Assembly (NCBI GenBank): GCA_024277355.1
Contig: JAJRVL010000005.1
Location: 76,870 to 108,869 of the forward strand
DNA length: 32,000 nt
Source: an archaeon
Lineage (GTDB): Archaea > Iainarchaeota > Iainarchaeia > Iainarchaeales > 1-14-0-10-31-34
Reading direction: 5' to 3'
A program made the position numbers and the translations under genes. Below are positions 8,045 to 17,942 of the stretch, piece after piece (the first letter of the stretch is position 1; each line of letters begins with the position of its first letter). Under the pieces are notes generated by a model. The model worked only from the letters and a program-made list of their open reading frames with translations, was not told the DNA's origin and did not search any database.

Positions 8045-9472
8045 TTAATTGCTTTGTTTTAATTCTTTTGGAATCCATAAATCTGTTTTGTAAATTATTA
8101 TTGTTATTACTGCACCAATTACGGCAGAAAAAAGTAATGAATACCATATTCCTTTTAGTCCATAAATTTCTTTTAAGAAAAAAGATAAAATAACAATTAA
8201 AATCCAGTATCCTGCTGTCATTAACATTGAAAGAAAAGTATTTCCTGCTCCTTGAAAACCTGAAGAAATAGTCATTAAAATTCATCTGAAAGGATAAGAA
8301 AAAGCAGCAATTGACAAATATACTAATCCAATTGAAATCACTTCTTTATCTGCAGAAAATAATTTAAAAAACGGTTCAGGAAACAAAACAAATATTACTG
8401 CAACAATTCCCATTAAAAAAGCTGAAATTGCAGTGGAATAAAAAATTGTTTTTTTTGCTCTTTCAAGTTTTTTTGCGCCAATATTCTGTCCAACCATTGC
8501 AATTGTAGCACTAATTAATCCAATTACCGGCAGAATTGCAATTGAATCCAATCTTGTTCCAATTCCATAAGCTGCAATTGATAATACTCCAAAAACTCCT
8601 ACAAAACTCATTATAACAGTTAAACCCAAAGAAATAGTTAAATGCCCAATAGAAGCAGGAGCCCCCAAAAAAATTATTTTTTTCATTATTCTTAAATCAA
8701 AAGAGAAATCTTTTGGATTAATTTTAATTAAACCTCTTCCTTTTAAAATATAAAAAATATTTAGTCCTGCACCAACACTTCTGGATAAAACAGTTGCTAA
8801 TGCAGCCCCAAAAATCCCTAAAGCAGGAAAACCAAACAATCCAAAAATCAGTATTGGATCTAAAATAATATTTAACATAACACTTATTGCCATATTAATC
8901 ATTGGGGTTTTTGAATCTCCTTCAGCCTGCATTATTCCTTGTGAAATAAATCCAATAAACAAAAAAATAAATCCAATAAAAATTGTGTTAGAATAAAGCA
9001 AAGTTAATTCAAGTATTTCAGGAGTTGCCCCCATAAAAACAAAAATTGGTTTTCCAAAAATAATTCCTAAAACAGCAATAATTATTCCAATAACTCCAGA
9101 CAGCATTAAAGAATGCTCTGCAATATTATTAGCTTTAGAATAATTTTTTGCCCCAACTGCCTGCGCAACTAAAGTAGTTGAACCAACACTTAAACCTGAA
9201 GCAAAAGCAATGAAAATAAATACAACAGGAAAAGTTATTGCAACAGCAGCTAAAGCTTCAGTTCCAAGCATCCCGATAAAAATTGTGTCAATTACATTAA
9301 AGGCTGTCTGCAAAAGCATGCCAAGCATTATTGGCAAAGCTAAAAAAATTAATGTTTTAAAAATGCTTCCTTCAGTTAAATTATTTTTTTTCTTAATAAA
9401 AATCAACTCTAAAATAAAAAGTGAAAATATTATGTATAATTTAGGCTTGCCTAAGTACTTGCTGAAGAACAA
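8045..9472 (-). pseudogene. MATE-family efflux transporter interrupted by one in-frame TGA (8282-8284)
   Basis: The 396-aa and 76-aa ORFs are in the same frame, separated only by TGA ATT TTA: ...AAFSYPFR*ILMTISSGFQGAGNTFLSML.... The motif split across the stop is the conserved MATE C-terminal G-x-GAG(D/N)T region. The N-terminus (LALPIMLGMLLQTAFNVIDTIFIG) is typical MATE. The 5' start is uncertain (TTG at 9472). Confidence 0.8.
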
Positions 9473-9513
9473 ATGCTACAATTCATTTTTATTTCTTTTC
9501 TTCTTTTCCTTTA

Positions 9514-11238
9514 ATGATTTTAATGAAAGATTTTGTTAACTGGAAAATCGGCGGAGAAGCAGGATATGGAATTCTTTCTGTTGGCGTAATGTTTGGCAAG
9601 TTCTGTACAAGAAACGGATTATTTGCTTTTAATTCAAGTGAATTTCCTTCTTTAGTTAGAGGCGGGCATAACACAGTCCAGTTAATTGTAAAAAAAACTC
9701 CTGCTCTTTCTCAGTATTTTGAAGTTAATCTTTTAGTTGCATTAAATGCTGAAACAATTGAAAAGCATTTAAATGAATTAAGCTCTGATGCAGCAATAAT
9801 TTTTGACGGAAAAGAAATTGACATAAAAAAATATAAGACAAAAAAATCTCATGTATTAATTGATATTCCTTTAACTGAAATTGCAGTAAGGCATGGAAAA
9901 AAAATTATGAGGAATACGGTTTCTTTAGGGGCGTCAATTGCATTGCTTGGATTGGAATTTGATAAACTAGAACAATTAATCAAAGAAGCTTTTGCAGGAA
10001 AAAAAGATGCATTAATTCCAATTAATATTGCTGCAGCAAAAGAAGGATTTAATTTTATTAAAAACAGGAATATTAAATTTAATTATCAATTAAAAGAACA
10101 AAAACAAAAAAACCATATTTTCATTAATGCAAATGATGCTTTTTCTTTAGGTGCAGTTAAATCAGGATTAAAGTTTGTTGCAGAATATCCTATGACTCCT
10201 TCTTCTTCAATTCTTTCTTTTATGGCTGCGCATGAATTGCAGTATGATATTGTTGTAAAACAGACTGAAGATGAAATTGCGGCAATGAATATGATTATTG
10301 GAGGAGGTTTTGCTGGAGCAAGAAGTTTAACTGCAACTTCTGGCGGAGGATTTTCTTTAATGGTTGAAGCTTTAGGTTTAGCCGGAATGACTGAAACTCC
10401 TGCTGTTGTAGTTGAATCTCAAAGACCCGGTCCTTCAACAGGACTTCCAACAATGACTGAACAAGGAGACTTAATGTTTGCATTAAATGCTTCTCAAGGC
10501 GAATTTCCTAGAATGATTATTGCTCCAGGAGATGTAACTGAAGCATTTGAAGCAGGATTAAATTCATTTAATTTTGCAGAAAAATATCAATTATTAGTAT
10601 TAGTTTTACTGGATAAATATATTTCTGAAGGAAATACAACTGTAAAAGAATTTGATTACAGTAAATTCAAGATTAACAGAGGAAAACTTTTAACTAAAGC
10701 CCCAAAAAATTACTTAAGATATGCTTTTACTTCAGATGGAATTTCTCCAAGAGTTTTACCCGGAACTTTAGGAACAGTTTACAAAGCAAACGGAGATGAA
10801 CACAATGAAAAAGGAGTTTCAGATGAAAGCGAAGAAAACAGAATTAAAATGATGAATAAAAGAATGAAAAAATTAGATGTATTAAAAAAAGAACTGCCTG
10901 AACCAAAATTATACGGAGACAAAAACGCAAAAATTTCTTTGATTGCATGGGGTTCAACTAAAGGAATAATTCTTGAAGCAATAAATGAACTGCAAAAACA
11001 AAAAATAAAAGTTAATTTTTTGCATTATAATTATGTTTTTCCATTAAAAGAAAAAAAATTACTTGAATTAATAAAGAAATCAAAAAAAGTTTTATTAGTT
11101 GAAAATAATATGACTTCCCAGTTTGGAAAATTAATTGCACAAGAAACAGGAATTTTATTTAAAAACAAATTATTGAAATATACAGGAAGACAGTTTTATC
11201 CGCATGAAATTGTTAATGCAGTGAGGAAATTAAAATGA
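9514..11238 (+). CDS. 2-oxoacid:ferredoxin oxidoreductase alpha subunit (fused gamma+alpha domains)
   Basis: 574 aa. N-terminal gamma-like domain (GGEAGYGI...), then the alpha domain (AEYPMTPSS, ATSGGGFSLM, QRPGPSTGLPT). 4-nt overlap with the beta subunit gene. Confidence 0.88.
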   Translation: MILMKDFVNWKIGGEAGYGILSVGVMFGKFCTRNGLFAFNSSEFPSLVRGGHNTVQLIVKKTPALSQYFEVNLLVALNAETIEKHLNELSSDAAIIFDGKEIDIKKYKTKKSHVLIDIPLTEIAVRHGKKIMRNTVSLGASIALLGLEFDKLEQLIKEAFAGKKDALIPINIAAAKEGFNFIKNRNIKFNYQLKEQKQKNHIFINANDAFSLGAVKSGLKFVAEYPMTPSSSILSFMAAHELQYDIVVKQTEDEIAAMNMIIGGGFAGARSLTATSGGGFSLMVEALGLAGMTETPAVVVESQRPGPSTGLPTMTEQGDLMFALNASQGEFPRMIIAPGDVTEAFEAGLNSFNFAEKYQLLVLVLLDKYISEGNTTVKEFDYSKFKINRGKLLTKAPKNYLRYAFTSDGISPRVLPGTLGTVYKANGDEHNEKGVSDESEENRIKMMNKRMKKLDVLKKELPEPKLYGDKNAKISLIAWGSTKGIILEAINELQKQKIKVNFLHYNYVFPLKEKKLLELIKKSKKVLLVENNMTSQFGKLIAQETGILFKNKLLKYTGRQFYPHEIVNAVRKLK

Positions 11239-12092
11239 CTGAATTAAAAGACTTAAATACAAAAGAAATTCCAACCTGGTGTCCTGGTTGCGGAGACTTT
11301 ATGATTTTAGCTTCAATTAAAAAAGCTGTTGCAGACATGAACTTAAATCCAAGTGAAGTAGTAGTAGTTTCAGGAATTGGCTGTTCAGCAGGACTGCCGC
11401 ACTGGATTGAAACTTATGGTTTTCATTCAATTCACGGAAGAGCTATTCCTGTTGCAACAGGAATAAAATTAGCTAACCATGGATTAACTGTTATTGTTGT
11501 TTCAGGAGACGGAGACGGATATGGGATTGGATTAAATCATTTAATTCATGCAATGAGAAGAAATTTAGATATTACTTTTATTGGGCATAATAATCAAATT
11601 TACGGCTTAACTTTAGGGCAGACTTCTCCTACTTCAACTCAAGGAGCAAAAACTGTTTCAACTCCTCATGGTTCAATTGAAACTCCAATTAATCCTTTAT
11701 CTCTTGGATTAGCTTCTGGTGCAACTTTTGTTGCAAGAGGTTATGCAGGCAACACAACTCAATTAACTGATTTAATTGTTAAAGGAACTAAACACAGAGG
11801 TTTTGCTTTAATTGACGTATTTCAGCCTTGTGTTACATGGAATAAAATTAATACTTTTGATTTTTTCAAGCAAAGAGTTTATGATTTAAATTCAGAAAAA
11901 TTTAATACTTCTGATTTAAATGCAGCTTTTTCGAGATGCCAGGAATTAGGTGAAAGAATTCCAACAGGATTATTTTATCAGACAGAAACAGACACTTATT
12001 CTGATGACTTACCTCAACTAAAAGAAAAACCTTTAGTAAAACAAAACATAACTAATGTTGATATTAAATCTGTACTGAACAAATACAAATAA
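11235..12092 (+). CDS. 2-oxoacid:ferredoxin oxidoreductase beta subunit (TPP-binding)
   Basis: WCPGCGDF, GIGCS and the TPP motif SGDGDGYGIGLNH are the canonical beta-subunit signatures. Confidence 0.9.
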   Translation: MTELKDLNTKEIPTWCPGCGDFMILASIKKAVADMNLNPSEVVVVSGIGCSAGLPHWIETYGFHSIHGRAIPVATGIKLANHGLTVIVVSGDGDGYGIGLNHLIHAMRRNLDITFIGHNNQIYGLTLGQTSPTSTQGAKTVSTPHGSIETPINPLSLGLASGATFVARGYAGNTTQLTDLIVKGTKHRGFALIDVFQPCVTWNKINTFDFFKQRVYDLNSEKFNTSDLNAAFSRCQELGERIPTGLFYQTETDTYSDDLPQLKEKPLVKQNITNVDIKSVLNKYK

Positions 12093-12114
12093 AACCTTTT
12101 TAGAAAAAAGGTTT
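12092..12114 (+). terminator. Perfect 10-bp stem / 3-nt loop hairpin right after the OFOR beta stop, with a second short palindrome at 12126-12139
   Basis: aaaccttttt-aga-aaaaaggttt. It lies in a convergent intergenic region, with T-runs on both strands. Its role in archaeal termination is inferred. Confidence 0.4.
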
Positions 12115-12169
12115 ATCAAAAAGCAAGGGATAAATCCCTCTTAAACTTTTTTAGGAGAAATCCAAACAA

Positions 12170-12742
12170 TCAGATTACTTTAATCAATTCAAATAAGTAA
12201 ATGATTATTCCTACTAGTATTCCTGCACCGATCATTTCTATTCCATGAATTATGTGTTTTTCTTTTGCTATTTCTCCAATAAAATAACCTAAAGCAAATA
12301 ATGCAATTATAATTAATCCAATGGAAGAATAATATGCAGTCATTTTGTCAATTAAATTTAGTTGAGCTAAAAAAAACGGGATAATTAAAATAAATGAAAC
12401 AATAGTTGAACTTAAACCATTAGCTAAACCCATTGCTAAACTCATTTTTTTGTATTGTGTTTCAATTTGAGTTTTACTTAAATCTCTAAGCAAATGTTTT
12501 TCTAATTCTTTTAAATTTCTTTTTCGTTCAGCTTTTTCTGCAGAATAACCGCCCCAGATTCCTGAAACGCCTGTTGCAATAATCACTCCAATAGAAGAAA
12601 TAATAACAATTCTTGATTCCATTGCTCCTGCAACTAACATTGCAATAACTATTCCTAAAATAGTTAATACTCCGTCAAAAGAATTCATTACAATATAACG
12701 CCTAATTATATCGTTTTTTTTAATTAATTCCAGGAAAATCAT
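12170..12742 (-). CDS. VIT1/CCC1-family membrane protein (putative Fe/Mn transporter-like)
   Basis: 190 aa. N-terminal ...RRYIVMNSFDGVLTILGIVIA and a central charged linker between TM blocks resemble the archaeal short VIT family. This rests on recall, not on a search. Confidence 0.55.
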   Translation of the reverse strand: MIFLELIKKNDIIRRYIVMNSFDGVLTILGIVIAMLVAGAMESRIVIISSIGVIIATGVSGIWGGYSAEKAERKRNLKELEKHLLRDLSKTQIETQYKKMSLAMGLANGLSSTIVSFILIIPFFLAQLNLIDKMTAYYSSIGLIIIALFALGYFIGEIAKEKHIIHGIEMIGAGILVGIIIYLFELIKVI

Positions 12743-12758
12743 TTTTTTTCACTCAGAA

Positions 12759-13082
12759 TTATTTTGTTATTTCCTGTGTATTAACTTTTGGGACGTCAAT
12801 TACTTTTTTCTTTCCAACAATTACTTTGTCTATTGAATGAATTACTGCGCCGTAAGTGTCAATTATTTTCTGGACTTCATCAAAGTCAATGTTGTCTCCT
12901 TCTAATGCTGCCTTAATTGATTCAGTTTTTTCATCTATTGCATAAACTGTAATATTTGCAGTCTGAACTGACTTAACTTTGCATAACGCCTGTCCTAATT
13001 CAACTATTGTTGGTTTATGAGGTTTTAGTACGTCAACTTCCACTACTTTGATTTTTTGTTTAGCTGATTCTTTTTCTGTCAT
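12759..13082 (-). CDS. DUF211-family protein (COG1888-like)
   Basis: VEVDVLKPHKPTIVELGQAL...ITVYAIDEKTESIKAALEGDNIDFDEVQKIIDTYGAVIHSIDKV fits my recollection of DUF211. ATG at 13082 (the track start at 13085 is a TTG). Confidence 0.55.
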   Translation of the reverse strand: MTEKESAKQKIKVVEVDVLKPHKPTIVELGQALCKVKSVQTANITVYAIDEKTESIKAALEGDNIDFDEVQKIIDTYGAVIHSIDKVIVGKKKVIDVPKVNTQEITK

Positions 13083-13133
13083 CAAATAATAACACTGTTG
13101 AACTTAAAAAAACTTTTCTTTTCTTTTTTTCTT

Positions 13134-14198
13134 ATGAATAAAATAAAAATAGACTTAGTTTTTCTTCCTTCAGAAGCAACAGGTCAAACAATTTATTCAG
13201 AAAACCTTTCAAAAAAATTAACTAATTTAACTGACTTGAAATTAATCAACCCAAATGAAATTTTTTTATTTAAATTAACCAACCATTTCAATAATTCTTT
13301 AGCATTAAAACTGCTTCCTTTTTTAATTCAAAACAAAATCAGAAAACAAAGTGTTGTCCATATTACAAACCAAGAACTTTTTTTTCTTATTCCTTCAATT
13401 AAAAACAAATTAATTATTACTTTATGTGATTTAAGTTTGTATTCTTATTACAAAATCTGGAAAAAAAAAGATGTTTTCTTGTTTGATAAAGCAGAAAAAA
13501 TAATCTGTATTTCTAATTCAACTAAAAATGAACTACTGAAAAAATTTTCTTTATTTGAAAAAAAAGCTGAAGTAATTTATTTAGCATCAGAAGAAATAAA
13601 GAAAAGCAGCAAGGATGTAAGAAAAAAATACAATTTAGGAAAAAACAAAATCATTTTGTTTGTTGGAAGCGATGACCCTAAAAAAAACTTTTCTTTTTTG
13701 CTAAAAGCTTTTTCTGAATTAAAAAAAGAAAATTTAGTTTTAGTTAAAGCAGGAATTCCCTGGAGTACGCAAAAAAATCAAAGAAAAAAATTTAAAGAAT
13801 TTATTGAAAAAAACAACCTGCAAAACAAAGTGAAGTTTTTGGATTTAATTCCAAGACAGGATTTAATTAACCTTTACTTTGAATCTTTTGTTTATGTCTG
13901 CCCTTCATACTACGAAGGTTTTGGATTGACTTTACTTGAAGCAATGTCTGCTGGAATTCCGGTTATTTCAGCTAATAACACTTCTTTGCCTGAAGTTGCA
14001 GGAAATTCAGGTTTATTTTTTAATGCAGACAACTATAAAGAATTAAAAGGAGAATTAGAATTAATTTTATCAAAAGAAAAATTAAGAAAAGATTTAATTC
14101 AAAAAGGATTTCAAAACATTAAAAGATTTAACTGGAATAAAACTGCAAAAGAAACTTTTGAAGTTTATAGAGATGTGTTAAATGAAAATAAAAATTAA
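13134..14198 (+). CDS. Glycosyltransferase, GT4 (GT-B fold, Glycos_transf_1)
   Basis: C-terminal EGFGLTLLEAMSAGIPVISANNTSLPEVAG is the GT4 EX7E region. I prefer the ATG at 13134 over the TTG at 13098. Confidence 0.8.
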   Translation: MNKIKIDLVFLPSEATGQTIYSENLSKKLTNLTDLKLINPNEIFLFKLTNHFNNSLALKLLPFLIQNKIRKQSVVHITNQELFFLIPSIKNKLIITLCDLSLYSYYKIWKKKDVFLFDKAEKIICISNSTKNELLKKFSLFEKKAEVIYLASEEIKKSSKDVRKKYNLGKNKIILFVGSDDPKKNFSFLLKAFSELKKENLVLVKAGIPWSTQKNQRKKFKEFIEKNNLQNKVKFLDLIPRQDLINLYFESFVYVCPSYYEGFGLTLLEAMSAGIPVISANNTSLPEVAGNSGLFFNADNYKELKGELELILSKEKLRKDLIQKGFQNIKRFNWNKTAKETFEVYRDVLNENKN

Positions 14199-14859
14199 TG
14201 AAATGTTTTATGATGTTTTGCAAAGATTAGGGCGGAAAATAAAACCACCTGAATTTATCAGACAACATAATGAGTTCATTGAATTATTTAATAAAATTAA
14301 ATCTAATGCGTTATTAAGTATTGAAAGAGCTTTTTTTTTGTTTCAGTTTTCAAAACAAGTTTCAACTTTGCAGGGAGAAGTAGCTGAAATAGGAGTTTAC
14401 AGAGGAGGCGGAGCAAGAATTTTAGCTGAAGTTTTTAAGTCAAAGCAAATTCATTTATTTGATACTTTTGAAGGCATGCCTGAAGTAGATAAAAAAGAAG
14501 ATAATACTGAATACCAAAAAAAAGGATTATATAATGATACAAGTTTAAGTTTAGTTAAAAATTTTTTAAGTGAATTCAATAACATTAAATTCTATAAAGG
14601 CCTATTTCCTGAAACAGCTGATTCAGTAAAAAACAAAAAATTTTGTTTTGTTCATATTGACACAGACATTTATCAAAGCACTAAAGCCTGTTTAGAATTC
14701 TTTTATCCTAAAATGGTTTTAGGAGGAGTAATAATTTGTGATGACTTTAAATCTCCTGAATGCAAAGGAGTAGAAAAAGCAGTTGAAGATTTTCTAAAAA
14801 ACAAAAAAGAATTTCCAATTAATACTACTCAATTTCAATGTGCAATAATTAAATTATAA
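14182..14859 (+). CDS. TylF/MycF-like class I SAM-dependent O-methyltransferase
   Basis: EIGVYRGGGARILAEVF (SAM glycine loop), DTFEGMP and HIDTDIYQSTKACLEF are TylF-family hallmarks. 17-nt overlap with the GT gene. Confidence 0.7.
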   Translation: MKIKINEMFYDVLQRLGRKIKPPEFIRQHNEFIELFNKIKSNALLSIERAFFLFQFSKQVSTLQGEVAEIGVYRGGGARILAEVFKSKQIHLFDTFEGMPEVDKKEDNTEYQKKGLYNDTSLSLVKNFLSEFNNIKFYKGLFPETADSVKNKKFCFVHIDTDIYQSTKACLEFFYPKMVLGGVIICDDFKSPECKGVEKAVEDFLKNKKEFPINTTQFQCAIIKL

Positions 14860-14888
14860 AAAAAGAAAAAGAAGAAAATTGCTGTATA

Positions 14889-16877
14889 TTATCTTTCATA
14901 ATTGTTTTCTTTTGTTTCTGCAATAACTAATTTTTTTATCAGGCTTAAGTCATTTAAAGAGTTAGCTAAAATTTTGTTGTTTGAAATTGTATATAATACA
15001 TCTTCAATAAACAAACTTCTTTTGACTTCGTTTCCTCCTGAATAATAATAGTAACCTGATTTTTTTGCTGCTTGATTGTCATCTTCATGAGTTATTGTTC
15101 CTTTTAATTCAAATCCATTTTCTAAAGACAAATTATAAACAAATGCTCCCTGAAAAACAAATTCTCCATAAGGAACTCCCCAGTTTCTTCCATTATTTTC
15201 ATATGCTTGTTTTTGTTCTTCTGAAATTTCTGCTAATCTTACAGGAATAACTAAAAGGTTTTTTTCTTTGTTATACAAGAAAGCTTTATGGTCTTGTAAT
15301 GCATAAGAGTCTGTTCCTCTGTCTCCAATAATTTCTTTATACATTTCTTTTGGATGTTCTACATCTGACACATCAAATACTGCTATTTTAATTCCCTGAT
15401 ACCAAGCAAAATCTCCTTGTTCTGCTTCAATTGTATCTTTTCCTATTCCAATTAAATGAGTTTCATCTATTGGATGCAAGTAATCAGAATAACCCGGAAT
15501 TTTTAGTTTACCTAAAACTTTTGGTTTTTCTGGATTACTTAAATCAATTACAAACAATGGATCAACTTTTTTGAATGTAACCAAATAACCTTTTTTGCCC
15601 ATAAATCTAGCTGAATAAATTTTTTCTCCTGGAGCTAAATCTTCTAATTTTCCTTTCATTTTCAGGTCTTCTCCAAAAATATAAATATTGTTTTTGCTTG
15701 TTCCTCCGCCTCTTGAAATATGGCCAGTTGTTGTTGCAATCCTGAAATTCTTTTCAAACTCATCCATTGAAAACTGATTTAAGATTGTTCCAGGAGCATT
15801 CATTACACCTAAATAACCAATTTTTCCTTTATTCAAAGAAAACTTATGAATTGAAGTTTCCTGAGTGTTTTCCGGAACAGTTACTTTTACTTTTGTTGCT
15901 GTTTCAACTGCTGTTGCAATTAAAGGAATTATATTTGAATTATATTGTGTTTGAGCTAAATACAAATTTTCTGTTGAAGCATAAATGTTTTGAGCTGAAC
16001 CCACAACAGTTTCTTTTTTTATTTCTGAATCAAATGAATCCATTGAAAAAGAAGCAATTGTAACAAAACTTTCTGCATTAACCGGCGTTAAATAACCAAT
16101 ATTTCCGCATTTAGCTATTTCTTTCAGTTCATTGTTTTCTTTTGTATCAGAATATAAAGGAATTATTCCTTTTCCGTCTTTTTCTAATGTATAATAATCT
16201 GGATAACTGTTAATTACAAAATAAACTTGTTCATTTATTTTTCTTGAATTTAAATAACTTCCTTCAAATTCAATTGTTCTTTTAATTTCTGGTTTCTTCT
16301 TGTTTTCTGCATCAATCAATAAAATTACTGCAAAATTTTTCCTGTAATTAGGATAAGGATAAATTTCACTTTTTGCAATTCCTTGGTTTTCTTCTTCAAA
16401 AGTTTTTATTTCTTTATAAGTATTCCCAAAAACTAAAATATTGTTTCCGTGAAAAAATATTTCTTTAGGATTAATTCCTAAATTTATTTTAGATAAAATT
16501 TCTGCTGTTTCAGCAGGAAAAGCTTCTGCTATAACTAAATTTTTATTTGATAAAGTGTAAATGTATTTCCCATCTGTTTTAACAAAATCTGCTTCATCCA
16601 CTCCTTTTACCTGCACGTTTGTTTCTGAATAATTTGCTGAACCAACACCTGCATTTTCTGCTGTTGATTTTGCAGCCATTGGCATTGCAACTGAAAGCAT
16701 ATCATACTCCATTCCATACCCTCTTGATTGTGAAGCTTTAAAAGTTTCTTTTATTTCAGTACAAGAACTAAATTTTGGAATTTCTTTTGCTGTAACATTT
16801 GCAGGAGACTTAACACAACCTGCAATAAATAAACTTAAAACAATTAATGAAATTAAAAAAACTTTTCCATAATTCAC
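14889..16877 (-). CDS. Lipobox-anchored secreted beta-propeller domain protein (Beta_propel / COG4880-like)
   Basis: YSETNVQVKGVDEADFVKTDGKYIY and IAVFDVSDVEHPKEMY...QDHKAFLY match the archaeal/bacterial Beta_propel family pattern. The N-terminus has a signal peptide ending in FIAGC. GTG start. Confidence 0.7.
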   Translation of the reverse strand: MNYGKVFLISLIVLSLFIAGCVKSPANVTAKEIPKFSSCTEIKETFKASQSRGYGMEYDMLSVAMPMAAKSTAENAGVGSANYSETNVQVKGVDEADFVKTDGKYIYTLSNKNLVIAEAFPAETAEILSKINLGINPKEIFFHGNNILVFGNTYKEIKTFEEENQGIAKSEIYPYPNYRKNFAVILLIDAENKKKPEIKRTIEFEGSYLNSRKINEQVYFVINSYPDYYTLEKDGKGIIPLYSDTKENNELKEIAKCGNIGYLTPVNAESFVTIASFSMDSFDSEIKKETVVGSAQNIYASTENLYLAQTQYNSNIIPLIATAVETATKVKVTVPENTQETSIHKFSLNKGKIGYLGVMNAPGTILNQFSMDEFEKNFRIATTTGHISRGGGTSKNNIYIFGEDLKMKGKLEDLAPGEKIYSARFMGKKGYLVTFKKVDPLFVIDLSNPEKPKVLGKLKIPGYSDYLHPIDETHLIGIGKDTIEAEQGDFAWYQGIKIAVFDVSDVEHPKEMYKEIIGDRGTDSYALQDHKAFLYNKEKNLLVIPVRLAEISEEQKQAYENNGRNWGVPYGEFVFQGAFVYNLSLENGFELKGTITHEDDNQAAKKSGYYYYSGGNEVKRSLFIEDVLYTISNNKILANSLNDLSLIKKLVIAETKENNYER

Positions 16878-16961
16878 TTACATCACCGTCAATATTAGTG
16901 ATTATTCTTTTTAATAAGCCTTAATGTTTTTATAAGGAAAAAAGCTAATTTAAAATCAGAG

Positions 16962-17942
16962 TTATTTTTTATTTTCTAATACTTCTTTAACTGCTTTAAT
17001 TATGTTTTTTGAAGTGCAACCAAATTTTTCTAGTAATTCTTCTGGTTCGCCTGACTCTCCAAATCTATTCTGTATTCCGACAAATTTTATAGGAACAGGA
17101 AATTCTTCGCTTAAAACTTCTGCTACTGCTGAACCCATTCCGCCCTGAATTTGATGTTCTTCTGCTGTAACAACTGCTTTAGTTTCTTTTGCAGCCATAA
17201 CTAAAGTTTCTCTGTCAATAGGCTTAATTGTATGGTTATTAATTACTGTTGCTTCAATTCCTTCTTTGTTTAATTCTTCTGCTGCAACTAAAGCTTCAAA
17301 AACCATTATTCCACACGCAACAATAGTTACATCTTTTCCTTTTCTATAAACTTCTGCTTTTCCGATTTCAAAAGGAGTTTTTTCTGTTGTAATTGTTGGA
17401 ACTTTTTCTCTTCCAAATCTTAAATAAACTGGTCCTTTTAATTCTCCTGCTTTAATTGTTGCTTTTTCTCCTTCAACTGCATCACAGGGAACTAAAACAA
17501 TTAAATTTGGAATACATCTTGTAATTGCAATATCTTCTAACGCTTGGTGGGTTGCTCCGTCAGGACCAACACTTATTCCTGCATGTGCTCCCTGAATTTT
17601 AACGTTTTCCTGTGAATAACATACACTAACTCTTATTTGATCCCAGTTTCTTCCAGGACTAAAAACAGCATAAGAACTGACAAAAGGAATTTTTCCTTCT
17701 GAAGACATTCCTGCAGCAATACTTATCATATTTTGTTCTGCTACTCCAACTTCAATAAATCTTTCAGGAAACTTTTCTCTAAACCATCCAACTCTGGTTG
17801 AATCAGTTAAATCACAGCATAAAGCAACAATATCTTTATTTTTTTCTCCTAATTTAACTAACCCATGTCCATATCCATTTCTGCTTGGAATTCCTTTTGC
17901 TTTATGAATGTTTTCAATTAAATGCATTTCAGGATTAATCAT
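16962..17942 (-). CDS. tkt: Transketolase, C-terminal (pyrimidine-binding) subunit
   Basis: 326 aa, FIEVGVAEQNMISIAAG. It starts immediately after the N-terminal subunit stop, the split arrangement typical of archaea. Confidence 0.9.
   Translation of the reverse strand: MINPEMHLIENIHKAKGIPSRNGYGHGLVKLGEKNKDIVALCCDLTDSTRVGWFREKFPERFIEVGVAEQNMISIAAGMSSEGKIPFVSSYAVFSPGRNWDQIRVSVCYSQENVKIQGAHAGISVGPDGATHQALEDIAITRCIPNLIVLVPCDAVEGEKATIKAGELKGPVYLRFGREKVPTITTEKTPFEIGKAEVYRKGKDVTIVACGIMVFEALVAAEELNKEGIEATVINNHTIKPIDRETLVMAAKETKAVVTAEEHQIQGGMGSAVAEVLSEEFPVPIKFVGIQNRFGESGEPEELLEKFGCTSKNIIKAVKEVLENKK

Noticed and set aside
8028-8285. 85-aa ORF in another frame over the MATE C-terminus
   Set aside because: It overlaps the frame that continues the MATE sequence (…ISSGFQGAGNT…), and its own translation is N/F/R-rich with no features.
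9210-9674. ORFs 9210-9539 (+) and 9489-9674 (-) around the MATE/OFOR divergent region
   Set aside because: They are antisense to or overlap the well-supported MATE N-terminus and OFOR alpha start. Their composition is low-complexity with no motifs.
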